Source of the DNA: the human T2T-CHM13v2.0 reference genome, Homo sapiens
Length of the DNA: 64,000 bases
Direction: 5' to 3' (one strand)
Assembly (NCBI RefSeq): GCF_009914755.1
Contig: NC_060930.1
In this document: in pieces, positions 1 to 14,373 of the stretch
Layout: each line of letters opens with the position of its first letter
Position numbering within the stretch: position 1 is the stretch's first letter
The notes under the pieces: model-generated
Told to the model about the DNA's origin: nothing
What the model saw: the letters and a program-made list of their open reading frames with translations, nothing else
The model's database searches: none
Translations under genes and position numbers: made by a program

Positions 1-61
1 TAATATCACCTGCTCAGTCTCCATTCCTAAGGACCATATACACTCTAGGTCATAGGGATTG

Positions 62-440
62 ACTATGGTTCGAATGTGACCCCCAAGTTCACCTGTTGGT
101 AACTTGATCCCCAGTGTAGAGATGTTGAGAGGGGAGATCTTTAAGAGGTGATTAGGTCATGAGGCTCTACCCTCATGAATTTTTTAATGCCATTATCATG
201 AGAGTGGGTTTGTTATCACAGCAGTGGCTTCCTTATGAAATGAGTTTGACCCCTTTCTCTATCTCTTGCCATCGCTTTGCCCTCTGCCATGAAATGACAT
301 AGCAAGAAGACCCTTGCCAAATTCTGGCCCCTAAGTCTTGGACTTCATAGCCTCCAGAACTGGGAGCCAATAAATTTTTGTTCATTATAAATTGTCCAGT
401 CTGTGGTATTTGGTTACAGCAGGAAAAAACAGATGAGGAT
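62..440 (+). mobile_element. MaLR solo LTR (MSTC/MSTD-like)
   Basis: Starts ..ctatggttcgaatgtgacccccaag; has tttaagaggtgattaggtcatgag and the AATAAA..ttataaatt..cagtctgtggtat 3' end of MST LTRs. Confidence 0.8.
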
Positions 441-1573
441 GGAATCTAACAAGGCGCTTTCTATGGTGATCCTACCTAGGAGCTCTGTGGAGAGACAGAG
501 CAAGGCCTATGTCACTTAAGAATGTCTTACATACATTCTCAATTACTCAGTTAAAATGATTTACAAATTTTGCTTTGTCATATGGGTGTAGAGAAGAGGA
601 AGAGAGTTAATTATTAAACATGTGAATGCCTAAGACATGTTCCTAAGCTTCCTCAAGAATACTTTTTTAGATTACATTGAGCACAACAGACAGGAGGTCC
701 ATGAAACTCCATCTAGGATAAAGATGCCTTGTATTTGTTACTAAGCTGTTATTAAGGGGACCCAGCACAATGCTTTGCTTTCACCATCTCCTCAAATCAT
801 ACACACACACAACTTAATCAAGAGGGAGGAGCAGGTGGAAGAGATGGCAGCCATGATGGTATCAGCAAGAGCAATAGCTGCCAAGAAAAAATTTTTAAAA
901 AGCACTTAAATTCCTGATAACAAACTGAAATCAAGAGCCTTTGGCATAATACTTGAGTCATATTTGTATGATGTCTCAGCAGGTCATAAATGCTGCTTTC
1001 AGAATTATTTCTGTAAATAGGGTTAGTCAGAAATATATAACTAAGCAAATAAAAGCTCCTTTTATAATTTTATAACACCCTGGGGACATTGTAGTTATTT
1101 TTTATCTTGTTTTGTTTTGCTTCACATAATCTGGAGTGTCCCAGAGCTATTTAAGATCTCATGTGTTGAAACCCTCCAAGTTTGTTGTCAACCTAAGAAC
1201 AAATATTTTGATTTACTAAGGAACTTAAATCAGATAAGAGATTCTGGGGGATGTAGAATCATCTGAAAATTGTTATCTTAAGAGATTTAGTTATTTCCTT
1301 AGTCATGCATCTTCCACAAGCTGCATGTTTTAAAAAGCTAACTTTCTACTAGCACTTCAGTTCTGAGGTCATAATAAATCCCTAAGATTTGACATCTTGG
1401 TAAAAATAGACATGTGGATTAATGGCAGATAACAGAGTCCCCAAAATAGAATAACACATCCTGCTTTAAAATTTCGCAAAGTTTTGAGCTCTTTGAATTC
1501 TAGCAGGAATCCAGATATTATACATTGGCCCAAGATAATTTTGTAAATAATTTTTAACATAAACAAAAATTTA

Positions 1574-1812
1574 GCTCACAGCAGCCTTGAACTCCTGGGC
1601 TCCAAGTGATCCTCCCACTTCTGCCTCCAGAATTGCTGGAAATACAGGCAAGCAACCCACACTCAGCTAATTTTTTTTTTTTTTTTTTTGGTAGAGACAG
1701 GGTCTTGTTGTGTTGCCTGGTCTAGTTTCAAACTTCAAGCTGGCCTCAAGCAATCCTTTCACCTTGGCCTCCCAAAGCTCTAGGATTGCAGGTGTGATCT
1801 CCTATATCCCAC
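1574..1812 (-). mobile_element. AluJ, partial
   Basis: Reverse Alu (gtgatcctccc, internal T-linker, ggcctcccaaag); highly diverged. Confidence 0.9.
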
Positions 1813-1819
1813 TCCACTT

Positions 1820-2120
1820 TTTTCATAGCAGCTTTATTGATAAGGAATTCATATACTATACAACTTACTCAATTTAATGTTTTTTAATGTAAAGTTGTGC
1901 AACCCTCACCACAACAAATTTAGGAACTTAGGAATTTAGGAATTTCTAAAATGTTTTAAATTTTAGAAATTACTTTTTTCTTTTTCTTTTAGAATTCGTA
2001 AAACATTTACATGATTCCAAATTCACTACCATATGACATGCAAACATTCATCAGCTGATGAATGGATAAACATAATGTGGTATATTCTTTCAGTGAAATA
2101 CTATTTGGCAATGTAAAACA
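1820..2120. mobile_element. Two short old L1M 3' fragments in opposite orientation
   Basis: cagctttattga..gttgtgcaacc (minus) and catcagctgatgaatggataaacataatgtggtatat (plus). Confidence 0.6.
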
Positions 2121-2685
2121 ATTAAAATTATATAGAGTGTGTTCTCCACAATAGAATCAAACTAGAAATCAATAACAGAATAATAGCAGAAAGATCGCCA
2201 AACATCTAAATGCTAAACAACACACTTCTAAATAATACTTGTATGAAGAAGAATTCTAAAGAGAATTTTTTTTAATTCAACCGAATAAAAATGAAAATAC
2301 AACATATCAAAATGTGTAAGATACAGTTAAAGCAATGCCGAGAGGGAAATTTATAGACTAAATCCACACATCAGCAAAGAGGAAAATCTCAAAACATACA
2401 TTAGGAAAGAAAAATCTCTAAGCTACCTCCTCAATTAGAAAAATCTCTAAGCTAACTCTGGGAATGGGAACCTGCAAAATGAGGAATGGTTGGAGAAAGA
2501 TACATTCCTTATCAGGCTGATTTGAAGTGAGGCAGAAAAAAAGAAACCCACAGATTTACTTGTGCAGCTAATTATAATTCAACATTATTTAAGCCCTTAA
2601 TGGCCAAAACTTAATATATTAAAATTTTTCCCCAAAATTCAAAAGACCTAGGGAAAAATAAAAAACAAAATAAAGCCAAAGCAAC

Positions 2686-3287
<602 letters not shown>

Positions 3288-4193
3288 CTAAAAAATAAAT
3301 AAATAAAAATTAAAATAAATAAACTCAAAGCAAGCAGAAAGGAGATAATAAAGATAAGAACAGAAATCCATGAAATTAAAAACAAAAAATAATACAGAAA
3401 ATCAATGAAAAAAAGAGCTTGTTCTTTGAAGAGATCAATAAAATTGACAATCCTCTAGCAAGACAGGCAAAGAAACAAAGAGAAAGGATACAAATTACCA
3501 ACATCAGGAATGAAACAAGGGTATGAATTACAGACCCTTCAGACATCAAAAGGATAACCAGGGAATACTACAGACCACTCTACACATATAAATTTGACAA
3601 TTTAGATGAAATGGACCATTAAATAACACAAACTACCCTAACTACCCCAATACAAAATAGAGAACTTAAATAGCCCTGTAACTATTAAGAAAATTAAATC
3701 TTAATTATCTCCCCCCAAAAAAACTCTATTTTCACTGAAAAATTCTACCAAACATTTAAAGACTTGACACAAATTCTATACAATCTCATTCAGAACTAAA
3801 AGAGGAAACACTTCCCAATTTATTTTATGAAATGAGTATTACCTGATAGCAACATAAGACAAAAACAGTATTAAACAGAACACTACAAACAAATATCCCT
3901 TATTAATACAGACACAAAACTCTTTATGAAAACATTAGCAAATAGAACATAGCAACACATGAAAAGAATTATACATCATGACCTATTGGAGTTTATTCCA
4001 GGGATGTAAGGTTGGTGCAACATTGGAAAATCCATTAATATAATATCATATTAACAGGTTAAGCAAGAAAAATAACATGATCATATCAATTGATTCAAAA
4101 AATACACTTCACAATAATTTAACACCCTCAGAAAAATAAGAGTGGAGGGAAACCTTTTCAACTTGATAAAGAGCATCTACAAAAACTATACTT

Positions 4194-4506
<313 letters not shown>

Positions 4507-5364
4507 CTACACTTAACATTATACTTAATGAATGGCTTAATGCTTTCTGCCTATGACAGGGAACAAAGCAAGAATATCTGTTCTCACCTCACTTATTTGA
4601 TATAGCTCTAGCCAAAGCAAAAGGTAATAAAAGGCATACAGATTAGAAAGGAAGAAATAAAACAGCTCATATTTGCAGATGACATGATGCTCTACGTAGA
4701 AAAATCCCAAGGAATCTACACACACAAAAAAGTCCTCCTTAAACTAATACATGAGTTCAGCAACATCATAGGATACAAAATAAAGATACAAAAATCAATT
4801 ATACACATGGATACCAATTTTTAAAATACAGTGCCATTGACAATTGCTCTTCCAAAATAAGATGCTTAAGTATAAATCTAACAGACAAGACAGGACTTGT
4901 ATGCTGAAAACTACAAAATGCTAATGAAAGAAATCAAAGAATATCTAAATAAATGGAGAGACATATCATGTTCATGTATTAAAAGACTCAATATAATAGA
5001 GATGTTGCTTCTCCCCATTTGAACAGGTAGAAAAATTGATACACAAATAGCAAATCCTATCAATAGCCTAACCAGATTTTTTAAATAGATTTAGACAAAA
5101 CTGTTTTAAAATTTATGGAAAGGCAAAGAAATTAGACTAGCTAAAACAATTTTGAAAAAGGAGAATAAAGTGGGAAATATCAGTCTACCCAGTTTCAAGA
5201 CATTATATAAAAACGGTAAGCAAACCTGTGTGGTAATGGCAGAGGTATAGACACATATATCAATGGGCCAGAAAAAGGCACTCAGAAAAAGACCTAAATA
5301 AATATGCCTGGTTGATTTTTGACAAAAATAAAAAAGCAATTCAATGGAGGAAAGATAGGCTTTT

Positions 5365-5530
5365 AAAATAAACTTTTGATTTCAGAATACTTTTTGAGTC
5401 ATAGAAAACTTGTGAAGATAGGACAGAGAGTTTCTATATATCTCATTTACTAATTTCCTCTGTTATTAACATCTTGCATTCGTATGGTATATTTCTTACA
5501 ATTAATAGGCCGATATTAAAACATTATTAT
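5365..5530 (-). mobile_element. L1MC-like 3' end
   Basis: gaaaacttgtgaagataggacagagagtt..ttaacatcttgcattcgtatggtat resembles the reverse L1MC 3' terminus. Confidence 0.7.
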
Positions 5531-5531
5531 T

Positions 5532-5760
5532 GGCTGGGCACAGTGACTTATGCCTGTAATCCCTGCACTTTGAGAGGCTGAGGTGGGAGAACTGATTGAG
5601 GCCAGGAGTTCAAGACCAGCCTGGGCAATATTGCAAGGTTCCATCTCTACAAAAAACATTATTTTATAAAAGTTAGCCAGGTGTGGTAACACACATTTGT
5701 GGTCCCAGATGCTCAGGAGGCTGAGGTGGGAGGATCACTTGAGCCCAGGAGTTTGAGGCA
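5532..5760 (+). mobile_element. AluJ, 3'-truncated
   Basis: Alu text stops at gagtttgaggc and runs into L1 3' UTR. Confidence 0.9.
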
Positions 5761-6255
5761 TGGGGTGGGAATGGGAAGTGACTGTAAGTGAGGGCAAAGT
5801 TTCTTTTTGGGCTGAAGAAAATGTTCTAAAATTAGATTGTAGTGATGGTCATATAACTTTATAAGTCTGCTAAAAAGTCACTGAATTGGCCACACATGGT
5901 AGCTCACACCTGTACTCCCAATGCTTTGAGAAGCCAAGGCAAGAGGATGGCTTAAGGCTAGGAATTCAAGACCAGCCTGGGCAACATAGTGAGCCCTCAT
6001 CTCTACAAAAATAAAAATAAAAATTAGCCTGGTGTGGTGGTGCATGCCTGTAGTTCCAGCTACTCTGGAGGCTGTGGCAGGAGGATCACTTGATCCCAGA
6101 AGTTTGAGGCTTCAGTGAGCTATGATCACTTCACTGTACTGCACTGGGCAACAGAGGGGATGCTGTCTCTAAAAAATAAATAAATAAAAATAAAAATCAC
6201 TGAGTTGTAAGCTTTAAACGAGTGAATTTTATTCACCAAAAAAGCTATCTTTAAA
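5761..6255 (+). mobile_element. Old L1M 3' end split by an AluJ
   Basis: gaaaatgttctaaaattagattgtagtgatggt..cactgaatt|Alu|..tgtaagctttaaacgagtgaatttt. Confidence 0.75.
5888..6196 (+). mobile_element. AluJ
   Basis: Full dimer; TSD aaaa(g/a)tcactga(a/g)tt. Confidence 0.93.
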
Positions 6256-6590
6256 AACAAACTATAAACAGAGAAGTCTCTCTTCTATTCCTGTCCTAGA
6301 CCCCGTTCTCTCCCATCCCCACAGAAAATCATTTTTATTAGTTTTTGGCTTGCCCTACCAGTTTTACTTTGGCAAATGTAAGCAAGTACAAATACATTAA
6401 GTGATTTTAAAATTTTGCCTTAAATACTGGCAATTGACAAAAGCAGCTCTATCTAATTGAGAGGTAAGAAGGAACTCCCTGTAAACCTTTTAGAGATTCT
6501 AAAAGGACACTTCTGGGGCTCCACAAAAGTTTTAAAGTTTACAACATTAGTTTCAGCGTGTCCAATTACTTCGGAAAACATATGGCTTTT

Positions 6591-6904
<314 letters not shown>

Positions 6905-7048
6905 TTATTAATTTGAGTGAAGGGGTTCACAAATTAACAACAACAAGAAGGAGAGAGAATGGAGATGACAAAATTGCCTTGTGGGAGACCCAGACAGATA
7001 CAATTAGCAACAGTTGGGAGGGAAGGTTGTAAGTGAAAGGGGCTTGAA

Positions 7049-7097
7049 AGAGAGAGAGAGAGTTTGTGTGTGTGTGTTGTCTGTGTGTGTGTTGTGT
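7049..7097. repeat. Compound (GA)n/(TG)n microsatellite
   Basis: Direct reading. Confidence 0.9.
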
Positions 7098-7259
7098 CTA
7101 TCCATCTGTGTAAGAAAGACATTATCTTTAGAGGCTTTTGCTAAGCTGTTCATGATGAGTATCTGAAAGAAGGTCGGGTGTATACCAAGTTCTTCACGCT
7201 AATGAGAGAGGAAGAAAGAAGGAAAAGGAAGAAGTCATGCATTTGCCAGTTTCCCATAT

Positions 7260-7278
7260 TGGCCACTAGATGGCAACA
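7260..7278 (+). promoter_or_regulatory. Candidate CTCF binding site
   Basis: TGGCCACTAGATGGCAAC matches the CTCF core CCASYAGRKGGCR almost perfectly, in non-repeat DNA. Confidence 0.75.
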
Positions 7279-8712
7279 CCAACCCAAGACAGTCCTCTTC
7301 TGAGATGAGAGAAAAGGGTTGTATAGGATTAAGTACACAATTAGTTTGAATAACTTATTCCTATATACCACAGTTTTCAGTCAAGTATTCTTACCTCAGG
7401 AAGGGCATGTATAAGTTTATACATGTTTAAATGTATACGTGCATCTAAGAATACAAGCCAGGCAGGCAGACAGAATGCAAAATCTCCACAATGGTTGCTG
7501 ACATTCTTTGCACTCACTAAATCTTACATATACGGAATTTCTTGACATAAAAATGGATTAGGTCTCAAAAGCGAGAAATGGTAAGGCATTTACTATTTAC
7601 CGTCTTCAGACCATAAAACCTCTTTAAACTGCAACTTTACTGTCAGCACCTTAGAATCTAAACATAACGTTTCAAAACGTTTCCATGGAGAAGGTTTTGA
7701 TTTCAACTTAGCATGCCAACAGACCATTTTCTTGTCTTCCCACTGTCTACGTGGTGGAAATTTCTTCAGCTGTAAGCCAGACTGGAAACTTGTAGCCCAA
7801 TGGGTGTCAAGGATAAAAGGTGTGGTAAGCTCCTTATTCCCTTGTTATTGAGGTGGGACCATCGGCTTCCATTTTCAGTGGTGTTTCCATAAAGATTTTC
7901 ATCTTCTCCAGCGCCCGAGGCATCAGAAGAATTTATGTGACCCCAAGATCACCTTGAAACCATATTACCGGTTTATGGTTTCCTAAAAGCTTTTTGTGTG
8001 ATTAGGTTTCGTTTTACTGTTAATCACAACAAGAAACAGGAAGTGGGTAAAAACACCAAAGAGAAAGTTGCAAAGTTTCAAACAATTCCACCATAAATAG
8101 TCGCACAATGAGAGTTGTCCCTAGATTTCACTGGAATGTAAATAAAAGCCTTGATCATTCTCACTGCTCGACAGCCACAGTTTCACTTTGTTCTTCATGG
8201 CTCTGCCAACCCTCTGAAACTCTCAGTCACGGGGACTGTGCTCTCAGCTTTCCTCCAAGAGATTTCTCCACTGCCATTGCCTCCTGTTTTTTCTTACCTC
8301 CTTTTATTTAATATTTACAGGAAAAGCTGTTGATATATGTGGAATGTTTGAGGATACAAAATGAATTAAATGATATTTAATGACATTTGGAAGAAAACCC
8401 AGATTTTCCACCCAAGTTTTTCTTCCTCAAAAAGAAAGGCCATTGTGTGCTCTTTCTTACTAGAGTGGGGGATGAAGAGTCCATTGCAAAGTGAAGACTT
8501 GGTCCAAAGCTGACCATGCTACAGGCTAGAGACACGGGCAGTCACAGGAAGGGTATGGCATGATGTCTAATATATACTGCACATTCCATATGTTCTATAG
8601 TGTGCTATTCAAGATCTGCATAATCAAGAAATATTTTCCAATTTAAATTAATTAATGCTGGTCTGGTTTGAATTAGTAGAGAGAAAAAAGTCTAAATTAA
8701 ATATATTATCAA

Positions 8713-8953
8713 AGCCTGGGCAACCCAACAAGATCTCATCTCTACAAAAAATAAAGAAATAAAATGAAATAAAAAAATTAGCCAGGCATGGTGGCACATG
8801 CCTGTTGTCCCAGCTACTAGGAAGGCTGAGGCAGGAGGATTGCTTGAATCCAGGAAGTCAAGGCTGCAGTAAGTTGTGATCATGTCACTGCACACCAGCA
8901 GAGGTGACAGAGAAAGATCCTGTCTGTAAAAAATAAATAAATAAATAAATAAA
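8713..8953 (+). mobile_element. AluJ, 5'-truncated, (AAAT)n tail
   Basis: Starts at agcctgggcaac; right arm complete. Confidence 0.9.
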
Positions 8954-8954
8954 G

Positions 8955-10147
8955 GTAGATGCTGCCAATGTCTCAGCCTTTATGATGTCCACCTGCCAGC
9001 ATCAGGGTCCCTTTGCCCAAAGATTTTCTCTGACCACTGGAGTGCACTTTGCTGCACCAGGCTTAGGGAAATGAACAGATATCTGGGAAGTATTCCTTAA
9101 AAAATGACTGATGGGAACTGGTGAGGCAAGACTTCAGCTCATTCACCCCACTGAGGAAATAGCTCTGAGGTTTGTGTTATTCTGGATCTCCAGAGTTGCC
9201 AGCTGGATTAAGTTCCAATTGTCCATTACAGTAACTGGCTTGATAACACAGACCATTTATTAGTCTTCAATTCCTTGCCTCTCTTGCCCACTCACTAACA
9301 GTATTTCTTGAGATACTGTAATCACCCAACAGGTTCTTCCTGCCAGCGGCACAGACAAAACCAATTCACTGGGACCATGGTATTGCAGTAAAGAAAGAGT
9401 TTAATTAACAAAAAGCTGGCCAGGCAGAAGAAGTGGAGCTATCACTCAAATCAGTCTCCCTTAGAACTCAGACCCTATGGTTTTTATGGATAATTTGGTG
9501 GGCAGGGGGCTAGGGAATTGATACAGCTGATTGGTTGGAAGTGAAATTATTGGGGTGTGGGAGATGGTGCTCAAGCCTTAAGTCAGCCTCTGAGAGGTGG
9601 GGGTCACAGGACCAGTTAAGTCATGAGTCACAGGTCTGGTAGGGTCAGTCAGTTGCTGCAGTGCAAAAACCTGAAAAATATCTCAAAAGACCACTCTTAG
9701 GTTTTACAATAGTCATGTTATCTTTGGGAGCAATTGGGAAAGTCACAAATTTTGTGACCTCTGGCTACATGACTCCTGAGCAGTAAATGATTATGGAAAC
9801 TACGCCTACATATTAGCAGACTTCAGGGCCTTCTATAATCTTAGCCTCATGGCCTTTTGTTAGTTTTCCACCCTTGAGCAAGGAGTGGTTAGTTCCAGGG
9901 AAGGGCTACTATCATCCTTGCTTTCAAGTTAAACTATAGACTAAATTCCTCCCATAGTTAGCTTGTCCTATGCCCAGAATGATCAAAGACAGCCAGCCTG
10001 TGAAGCCAAAAGCAAGATGGAGTCAGCCATGTTAGATTTCTCTCACTGTCGTAATCTTTGCAAAACCTATTTCAATACCAAATAAACTAATTACTCTCAA
10101 ATTCTTGTCTCACAGTGTCTGCTTTTAGTAAAATCCAAATTAATAAT
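8955..10147 (+). mobile_element. ERVL LTR16-like LTR split by LTR8A
   Basis: Pieces at 8955-9316 and 10075-10147; the second ends ccaaataaacta..caaattcttgtctca..gtctgctt like LTR16. Confidence 0.65.
9317..10074 (-). mobile_element. ERV1 solo LTR, LTR8A-like
   Basis: TG..CA ends, 4-bp TSD ATAC; reverse of tttgcaaagattacgacagtgagagaaatctaacatggctgactccatcttgc. Confidence 0.88.
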
Positions 10148-11042
10148 ATATAAAAATGCATTTTTATTGCAGTAAAATATACATAAAATTTAGCATTTCG
10201 ACCATGTTTAAGTGTTCGGTGGCATCAAGTACATTCACATTGTTGTGCAATCATCACCACCATGCATCCCCAGAAGTCTTTCATGACCCCAAAGTGAAAC
10301 TCTACACCCATCAAGCAGAAACTCCCCATTTCTCCTTCTCTCAGCCCCTGGTGACCACCATTCTACTTTCCTTCCTTATGAATTTGACTATTCTAAGTAC
10401 CTCATGTAAATGGAATCATACATTTCCTTTTCTATCTGGCTTATTTCACATAGCATAATATCTTCACAGTTCACCCATGATGTAGCATCTGTTATAATTT
10501 CATCCCTTTTTAAAGCTGAATAATATTTCATCGTATGTATATACTACATTTTGTTTACCCATTTAGTCATTGATGGACATTTGGGTTGCTTCCACCTTTT
10601 GGCTATTGTAAATCATGCTACTATGAACATTGGTGTACAAGTGTCTGTTCAAGTCTCTCTTTGCTATCAATTTTTTGGGGGTATATACTCAGAAATGGAA
10701 TTGCTGGATTATGTGGTAATTTTATTTTTACTTTTTAAGGAACCACTACACTGTTTTCCATAGTGACCACACCATTTTACATTTTCACGAGCAATGCACA
10801 AGGATTCCAATTTCTCTCTCTCCCTACCAAGACTTGCTACTTTTAGGGGTTTGTTGTTGTTGTTGTTATTTGCTTGTTTGTTTTATTGTAGTCATCTTAA
10901 TGGGCATAAAGTGGTAGCTCATTGTGGTTTTAATTGGAATTTCCTTAATTATTAATGATGAGCAAACAAATGATGATTTAATTTGTTTATTGGCCAATTT
11001 GTATATCTTCTTTGTAGAAATGTCAATTCAAGTTTTTGCCCA

Positions 11043-11194
11043 TTTTTATTTTATTTTATTTTATTTATTTATTTTTTTCAAGACAGAGTCTTGCCATCTT
11101 GCCCAGGCTGGTCTCAAACTCCTGGGCTCAAGTGAACCTCCTGCCTTGGCCTCCCAACATGCTGGGATTACAGATGTGAGCCACTGCACCCAAC
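11043..11194 (-). mobile_element. FLAM / Alu left monomer
   Basis: Monomer; TSD ttttgcccatttt-like. Confidence 0.88.
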
Positions 11195-11479
11195 CTTTTG
11201 CCCATTTTAAAACTGGATTATTTGGGTTTTTGTTATTGTTATATCATAGGAGGTCTTTATAAATTCTGGATACTAACCTCTTATCAGATACAGTTTACAA
11301 ATACTCTCTCCTGTTCTGTGGGTTACCTTTTCCCTGCTTTCATAATGTCCTTTTGATCCACAGTAGCTTTAATTTTGATGAAGTCTAATTTATCTACTTG
11401 CTTTTGTTGCCTGTGCTTGTGAAGTCATTCAAGAAATTATTATTAAATCCAATGTTATGAGGCTTTTCCTCTGTTTTCT

Positions 11480-11612
11480 GTTTTTATGTTTTGTTTTAAT
11501 TGAAATGGAGTCTCTCTGTGTTGGCCAGGCTCAAACTCCTAGGCACCAGTGATCCTCCTGCCTCAGCCTCTCAAATAGCTGGGATTACAGGTACACACCA
11601 CTGTGCCCAACT
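11480..11612 (-). mobile_element. FLAM / Alu monomer
   Basis: Reverse Alu monomer. Confidence 0.85.
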
Positions 11613-14086
11613 TCTTCTGGTTTCAGATTAAGAATTTCATAGTTTTAGGTCTTAATTTAGGTATTTGATTCATTTTGAGATAATTTTTGCATATGGCCTA
11701 AGGTAAAGGTCCAACTTCATTCTCTTTCATGTCGTAAATAAGTGAATTTTAAAACTAAATAAAGCCTCAATTATATTATGCATAGTTTTGCCAAGGACAA
11801 GGGGGAATAGTTTATCTTTAATAGTGATCTTAAATTTGTATTCACATTGTACATTTCTAGTCAATTACCCATGCCATGATAAAAAGACTAATACAATGGC
11901 AAGTAGAGAGTGATAATTCGGAAGTCTGTGGTGACTAAACAATGAGGTCTGACTACTGCACAAATGAGTGGTTTTAACTCCAGCATCACCTTCCTGACTT
12001 TTGAGGGGCAAATTGATTATAATATTTAAGAGATAAGGATATCCTTCATAAAGGATATGAGAAAGCCATAAATTAGAGTATGTTCATTCTCAGATAAAAG
12101 CTAACTTTTAAGTAGCTTGAGATCAATTAAGAAGCATAGATATCCATAGACATTCCATTTCATCCTATTACATACCTAATTTGGTCCCCAGTACAGCTAT
12201 TTCTAGCTACCCACAAAATCATTTTTAAATACCTAAATGTCATTTGGTTATTATGCCAGAAAGCAAAATATGATTCAGAAATGTAAGTTTTTTCCTTCTA
12301 TGTTAGAAGGAGAAAAAAAGCACATAGGCTAAAATCTTGATTTAAGCTCTAATTAGCAATAAATCTCAAACCACTTTTAACCTCAGGTCATTCCTGGGTT
12401 TTGTAAGAAACCAATAAAAACACATTAAAAGTTTTAGAACTTTGGAGAAAAAAGCTTTAGAAAATGAGTTTGACTTTTAAAATTCTAAAGAAGAAGAAAA
12501 TAAAAAGAGCTTAGAAATCTCTACCTTTCAGCTTCAAATGCTGGAAGGGGGTTTTTAAGCCTAAAGATGTCTTATGAAAAATTACTGTTACAATCAGTCA
12601 CTAGGAGGAGGATAACCATTTTTTTAAATAAGAAGGCCAGGCATGAACATTTCAGAATTCCACATTTCTAGTTTAACCAAAGAAAGTTGTCTCCACATTG
12701 GCTTTTCTTTTCACTCTGTTTAAAAACAATGAGGTTTCCTGCAAAGGAAATAAATAAAGGGATAGGTACATAGAGCAATTCACTTTTCAAATGCTTTTCC
12801 TACATCATGTATAATTATGCCTTACATCTGATTAAAGAAGAGGAATTTCCCCTAATCATCAGGCTCCTTGGCTTTGGCTATGACTGCTTCTTGTCCAGAA
12901 ATACCTTGGGTATGAATAAACCTGGCAAAGCCTCCTTTTTCATGGATAATCATTAACCAGCAAATCAAATCTCATTTACAATTAGATCATGTTGACTCTC
13001 CCTTCCCAGAACTACAGCAAGAATAAAAAGAGGAAGAAGACAATTAAATACAAATTAATTTCTGTTTGATTCTCAAGAACTGGATAATTCTGGCTTTCTT
13101 TCCTCATTTTTCTCCAAAAATATCCCAAATGATTATTCAGTTAGCTATTACATTATTTTTAAACAATATAGTAATAAGTTTTCCTTAGAGATACTATCCC
13201 CCAAATGAATAACAAATGGATGAAAGGCAGGAAAACGAAACAGAAAGGCAGTAATAAGCCAACACATATTGATTAAATATACTATTTATTGTATGCTTAG
13301 CAATGTTGCCAAAACCTTGTATTTTGTTAGCTGAATTTGGCTTGAAGTTTCCCATGGTAGAACTCAACTTCAATATCTTCTGCTTTTCATCTTGGCAAAT
13401 ACTTAATCAACTTATTAAGAAAAAAAAAGAGCATCCCTGCCTCCGGCATTCAGTTTTCTCCTTTGCATTCTGTACGTTGTTGTCTGTCCTGTAGAAGAGT
13501 GAGCAGCTGGGATTCTTGACTCCTCTATCTCTTCCCCACCACCAGCTCAATGGCTAGTGGGCTATTAGGAAACAGTATGGCTTCCAGGTGTTGTATCAGA
13601 TGCTCAACTAATCATAGCATCAGAATTAAAATATTTAGTTGCAAGGAAAACAGCTGTGGGTGGCTGAAGGACCAACCTTCTAAACTCTGAGTCATCCCCT
13701 GGAATGGACTGCTGTGTAAATATATTCACACCCACCCAATTTATCTCGACCTCCAGAAATTATCTTGAACAAAGCAGGCATTTCACTGCATTGGCTCTCA
13801 GACTTGCCTTCCTGGAAACAACCTTTTCTGGAAGGGAGGCTCAAGACATATTTACTAAGAACTCTGAACCACCAGGAAGCCTTAAAGCAAGACCTGTGCT
13901 TCTATAGTTCACATATTCTATCCTATGAAAGATGTAGATAAGTATTAATTTAGAATCTTCTTCAACCTGTTCAGCTGTGTTGCAAAATAGTAGATACGTT
14001 TCCCAGTAAAGAATTGAAATACCAGCAACTGGCACTGATAGCTAATGCTCCATTATTTCTGTGCATAAATCCACGCTGAACTTCCC

Positions 14087-14373
14087 TTTTTTTTCTTGTT
14101 TTTTGTTTTTTTGAGACAGTATTTCACTCTGTCACCCAGGCTCACTGCAACCTCCACTCCCAGGTTCAAACAGTCCCCCCACCTCAGCCTCCCAGAGTAG
14201 CTGGGACTACAGGTGTGTGCCACCATACCCAGCTAATTTTTGTATTTTTTTTGGTAGAGACAGTCTTTCACCATGTTGGCCAGACTGGTCTTGAACTCCT
14301 CATTTCAAGTGATCTGTCCGCCTCAGCCTCCCAAAATGCTGGGATCACAGGCATGAGCCACCATACCCAGCCT
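14087..14373 (-). mobile_element. AluJ/S with a ~25-bp internal deletion
   Basis: cccaggct joined directly to cactgcaacc. Confidence 0.92.

Larger units (their letters stand above)
10160..11735 (-). mobile_element. L1MB-type 3' portion with two FLAM insertions
   Basis: Reverse L1 text (gatggacatttgggttgcttccacc, ccaccattttacatt, aggtccaacttcattct). Confidence 0.9.

Noticed and set aside
12985-13515. Acceptor-like sites at ~12999 (cccttcccag|aactac) and ~13494 (gtcctgtag|aaga|gtgagc)
   Set aside because: No credible partner sites or recognisable peptide; such signals are frequent by chance
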